64,000 bases of DNA from Diadema antillarum (lineage: Eukaryota), in assembly GCF_040938485.1 (NCBI RefSeq), contig NW_027271643.1, forward strand, positions 682,001-746,000. The letters are read 5' to 3'. This document shows positions 62,331 to 64,000 of the stretch, in pieces; position 1 is the stretch's first letter, and each line of letters opens with the position of its first letter. The notes under the pieces were generated by a model that saw nothing but the letters and a program-made list of their open reading frames with translations, was not told the origin of the DNA and did not search any database. A program made the translations under genes and the position numbers.

Positions 62331-62611
62331 GCCTATTGGAGGTCGTTATACCTTTCGTTTGGTGTACGATTTCTTTCGTTTCATATCACTTTATTTGTTC
62401 CTTTCATATTCTGAAATATTTAAAGGTAATCTTTCAATTGCCTCGCACTGTGTATATATACATGCATTTTCGTAACGGCGATTTCGCGCTTTGCTGCAGT
62501 ATTTCGAAGGGTATTTGATGCCAGCCGCTTCGGTGTGCTCTGTGGTAATGTTTATGTGGTTGTCAGGGAGGTTGTTGATACTTTGTCTGTTGACATTTAT
62601 TTTCGTACAGG

Positions 62612-62761
62612 CATGGGCGGATCCAGGAATTCTGTACAGGAGGGGGGAGGGGCGCAACTAATATTTCTGGTGCCACTTCCGGGTTTCACTTCTATTTTTT
62701 TTTTTTCCACGATAAATAAAGGGGGCGTGCGCCTCATGCGCCCCCTCTGGATCTGCCACTG
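62612..62761 (+). mobile_element. GC-ended MITE
   Basis: catgggcggatccaggaattc ... ctggatctgccactg. Confidence 0.75.
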
Positions 62762-64000
62762 TTACGTGTTTATCTCGAGTGATGGTGATCGTGTTTCTAA
62801 ATGTTTATAAAAAAAAGGACAAAATTATCCGAGTGATGCCTGATGATAGTGCAAGTGATGATAATCAACGATGCTGATGTAAAAGACGGCTTGCTGTGGA
62901 TGCTGAGCGTACGTGCCCTTCGTGTATTTAAATAAGTTTTCCCTCTTTTACTCTTCTTTCCCCTCCCAAGAATGATAAAAAAAGAAAATACCTACACCTC
63001 ACAACAAAAGGAACCACGTGTGAACAACCATCGTTAAGTTCAATCGAAATGTTCATTATTAGCAAAGAATAAGGGGAAAACACGAGTGACGGAAAATGAT
63101 AGAAGCGACGAGATTGTCTTCTTGTGTATAATGCGGTCTCTTGGGATTGGAAAAACCCCACCCTCTCCCTTTGTGGAAATTTCCACAAAACCAGGTGCGT
63201 GCCAGACCCCAGGTGCCAGACGAAAGAATGCGCGCATTTGGTGTAGTATATCGATCGAAGAACTCGCGGGTGAGTTGAGTTAAAGGAATCATTGCAAAGA
63301 TGTTCTGATGTTCTGGTTCCCGAACTGTAAAAAGGAATTGATTAATCACTCAAAAATGCAATCACAGATTTATATGAAAAGTCTCATATGCCTAGACAAA
63401 TTCACTGAGATGTCCTATGTGATGCAGCCACCACCCGATTAAACGGCAAAATCATGACAATAAAATTTCACGCTCATCAAAACTGCCTATTACTTTTCAT
63501 ATGAATTTTGGTTATCAACACTCGTTCGTGGATTTGTTTGTTTGCATGTTTTGTGTGTATTATTCCTCGATCCTGAAAGACGTAATAATTATTCGCATCG
63601 AACGTAAACTGTTTACCGTAACTAAGCCTATGGCGCATTCGATCCATTCAACTTGCAGTAACCTTTAAGGCAGTACAACTGTAAGTAGCACATGGTGCAT
63701 TCTTTTGAACCACGTGTTTCGCATATCGGCACATCCAAACACATTAGCGATCGTCCTTATGGCAAACTTTCCGATTACAGTCAGGGGAGAAGAAATCGTA
63801 ATACTGTACATGTACTTACGAAAGTGATTATGCTTAAGATCAAATAAAATGAAGAAGTTTGAAAACAACTTGGCAACACTCAATCAAGTTTTGCATTCTC
63901 TCACACAAAAGCTCTCTTGAGAAAATGAAAGCATTCCCTCTCCCCTGCTAGATAATGGAAGTTTTCATTACTAGCCCAGCAAGTTTTGGGAGTGTACATG

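Overview
This is AT-rich eukaryotic (animal) genomic DNA from a draft scaffold with five N-gaps. The repeat landscape and gene content point to an echinoderm, probably a sea urchin (inference). Three host genes can be read directly. (1) A complete 8-coding-exon SMN (survival motor neuron) gene on the minus strand (56665->50114, ~360 aa by my exon sum, all introns phase 0) with Gemin2-binding, Tudor, Pro-rich and YG-box regions and a long C-terminal tail. (2) An intronless rhodopsin-family peptide-type GPCR (40032->38521) with several non-canonical activation motifs. (3) A plus-strand multi-exon gene for a probably secreted EGF + Methyltransf_FA(FAMeT)-domain protein (~9.8-13.7 kb). There is also a candidate coding exon at 2.8-3.2 kb that is split by a MITE and whose frame is restored exactly when the MITE and one target-site copy are removed. 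The rest is transposon-derived or low-complexity DNA: an intact single-ORF L2-type LINE, a LINE 3' fragment tail-to-tail with it, tRNA-derived SINEs, TA-, TTAA-, 8-bp-, 4-bp- and 3-bp-TSD MITEs, a 292-bp foldback, Helentron-like (HINE) elements and microsatellites. I found no rRNA, true tRNA, CRISPR or prokaryotic system. I cannot support a wholly new biological system. The best leads are the transposon/gene interactions (split exon, hAT element at the SMN 5' end), the SMN isoform features and the dual-frame first exon. All gene models come from manual reading of splice signals and have no transcript support.
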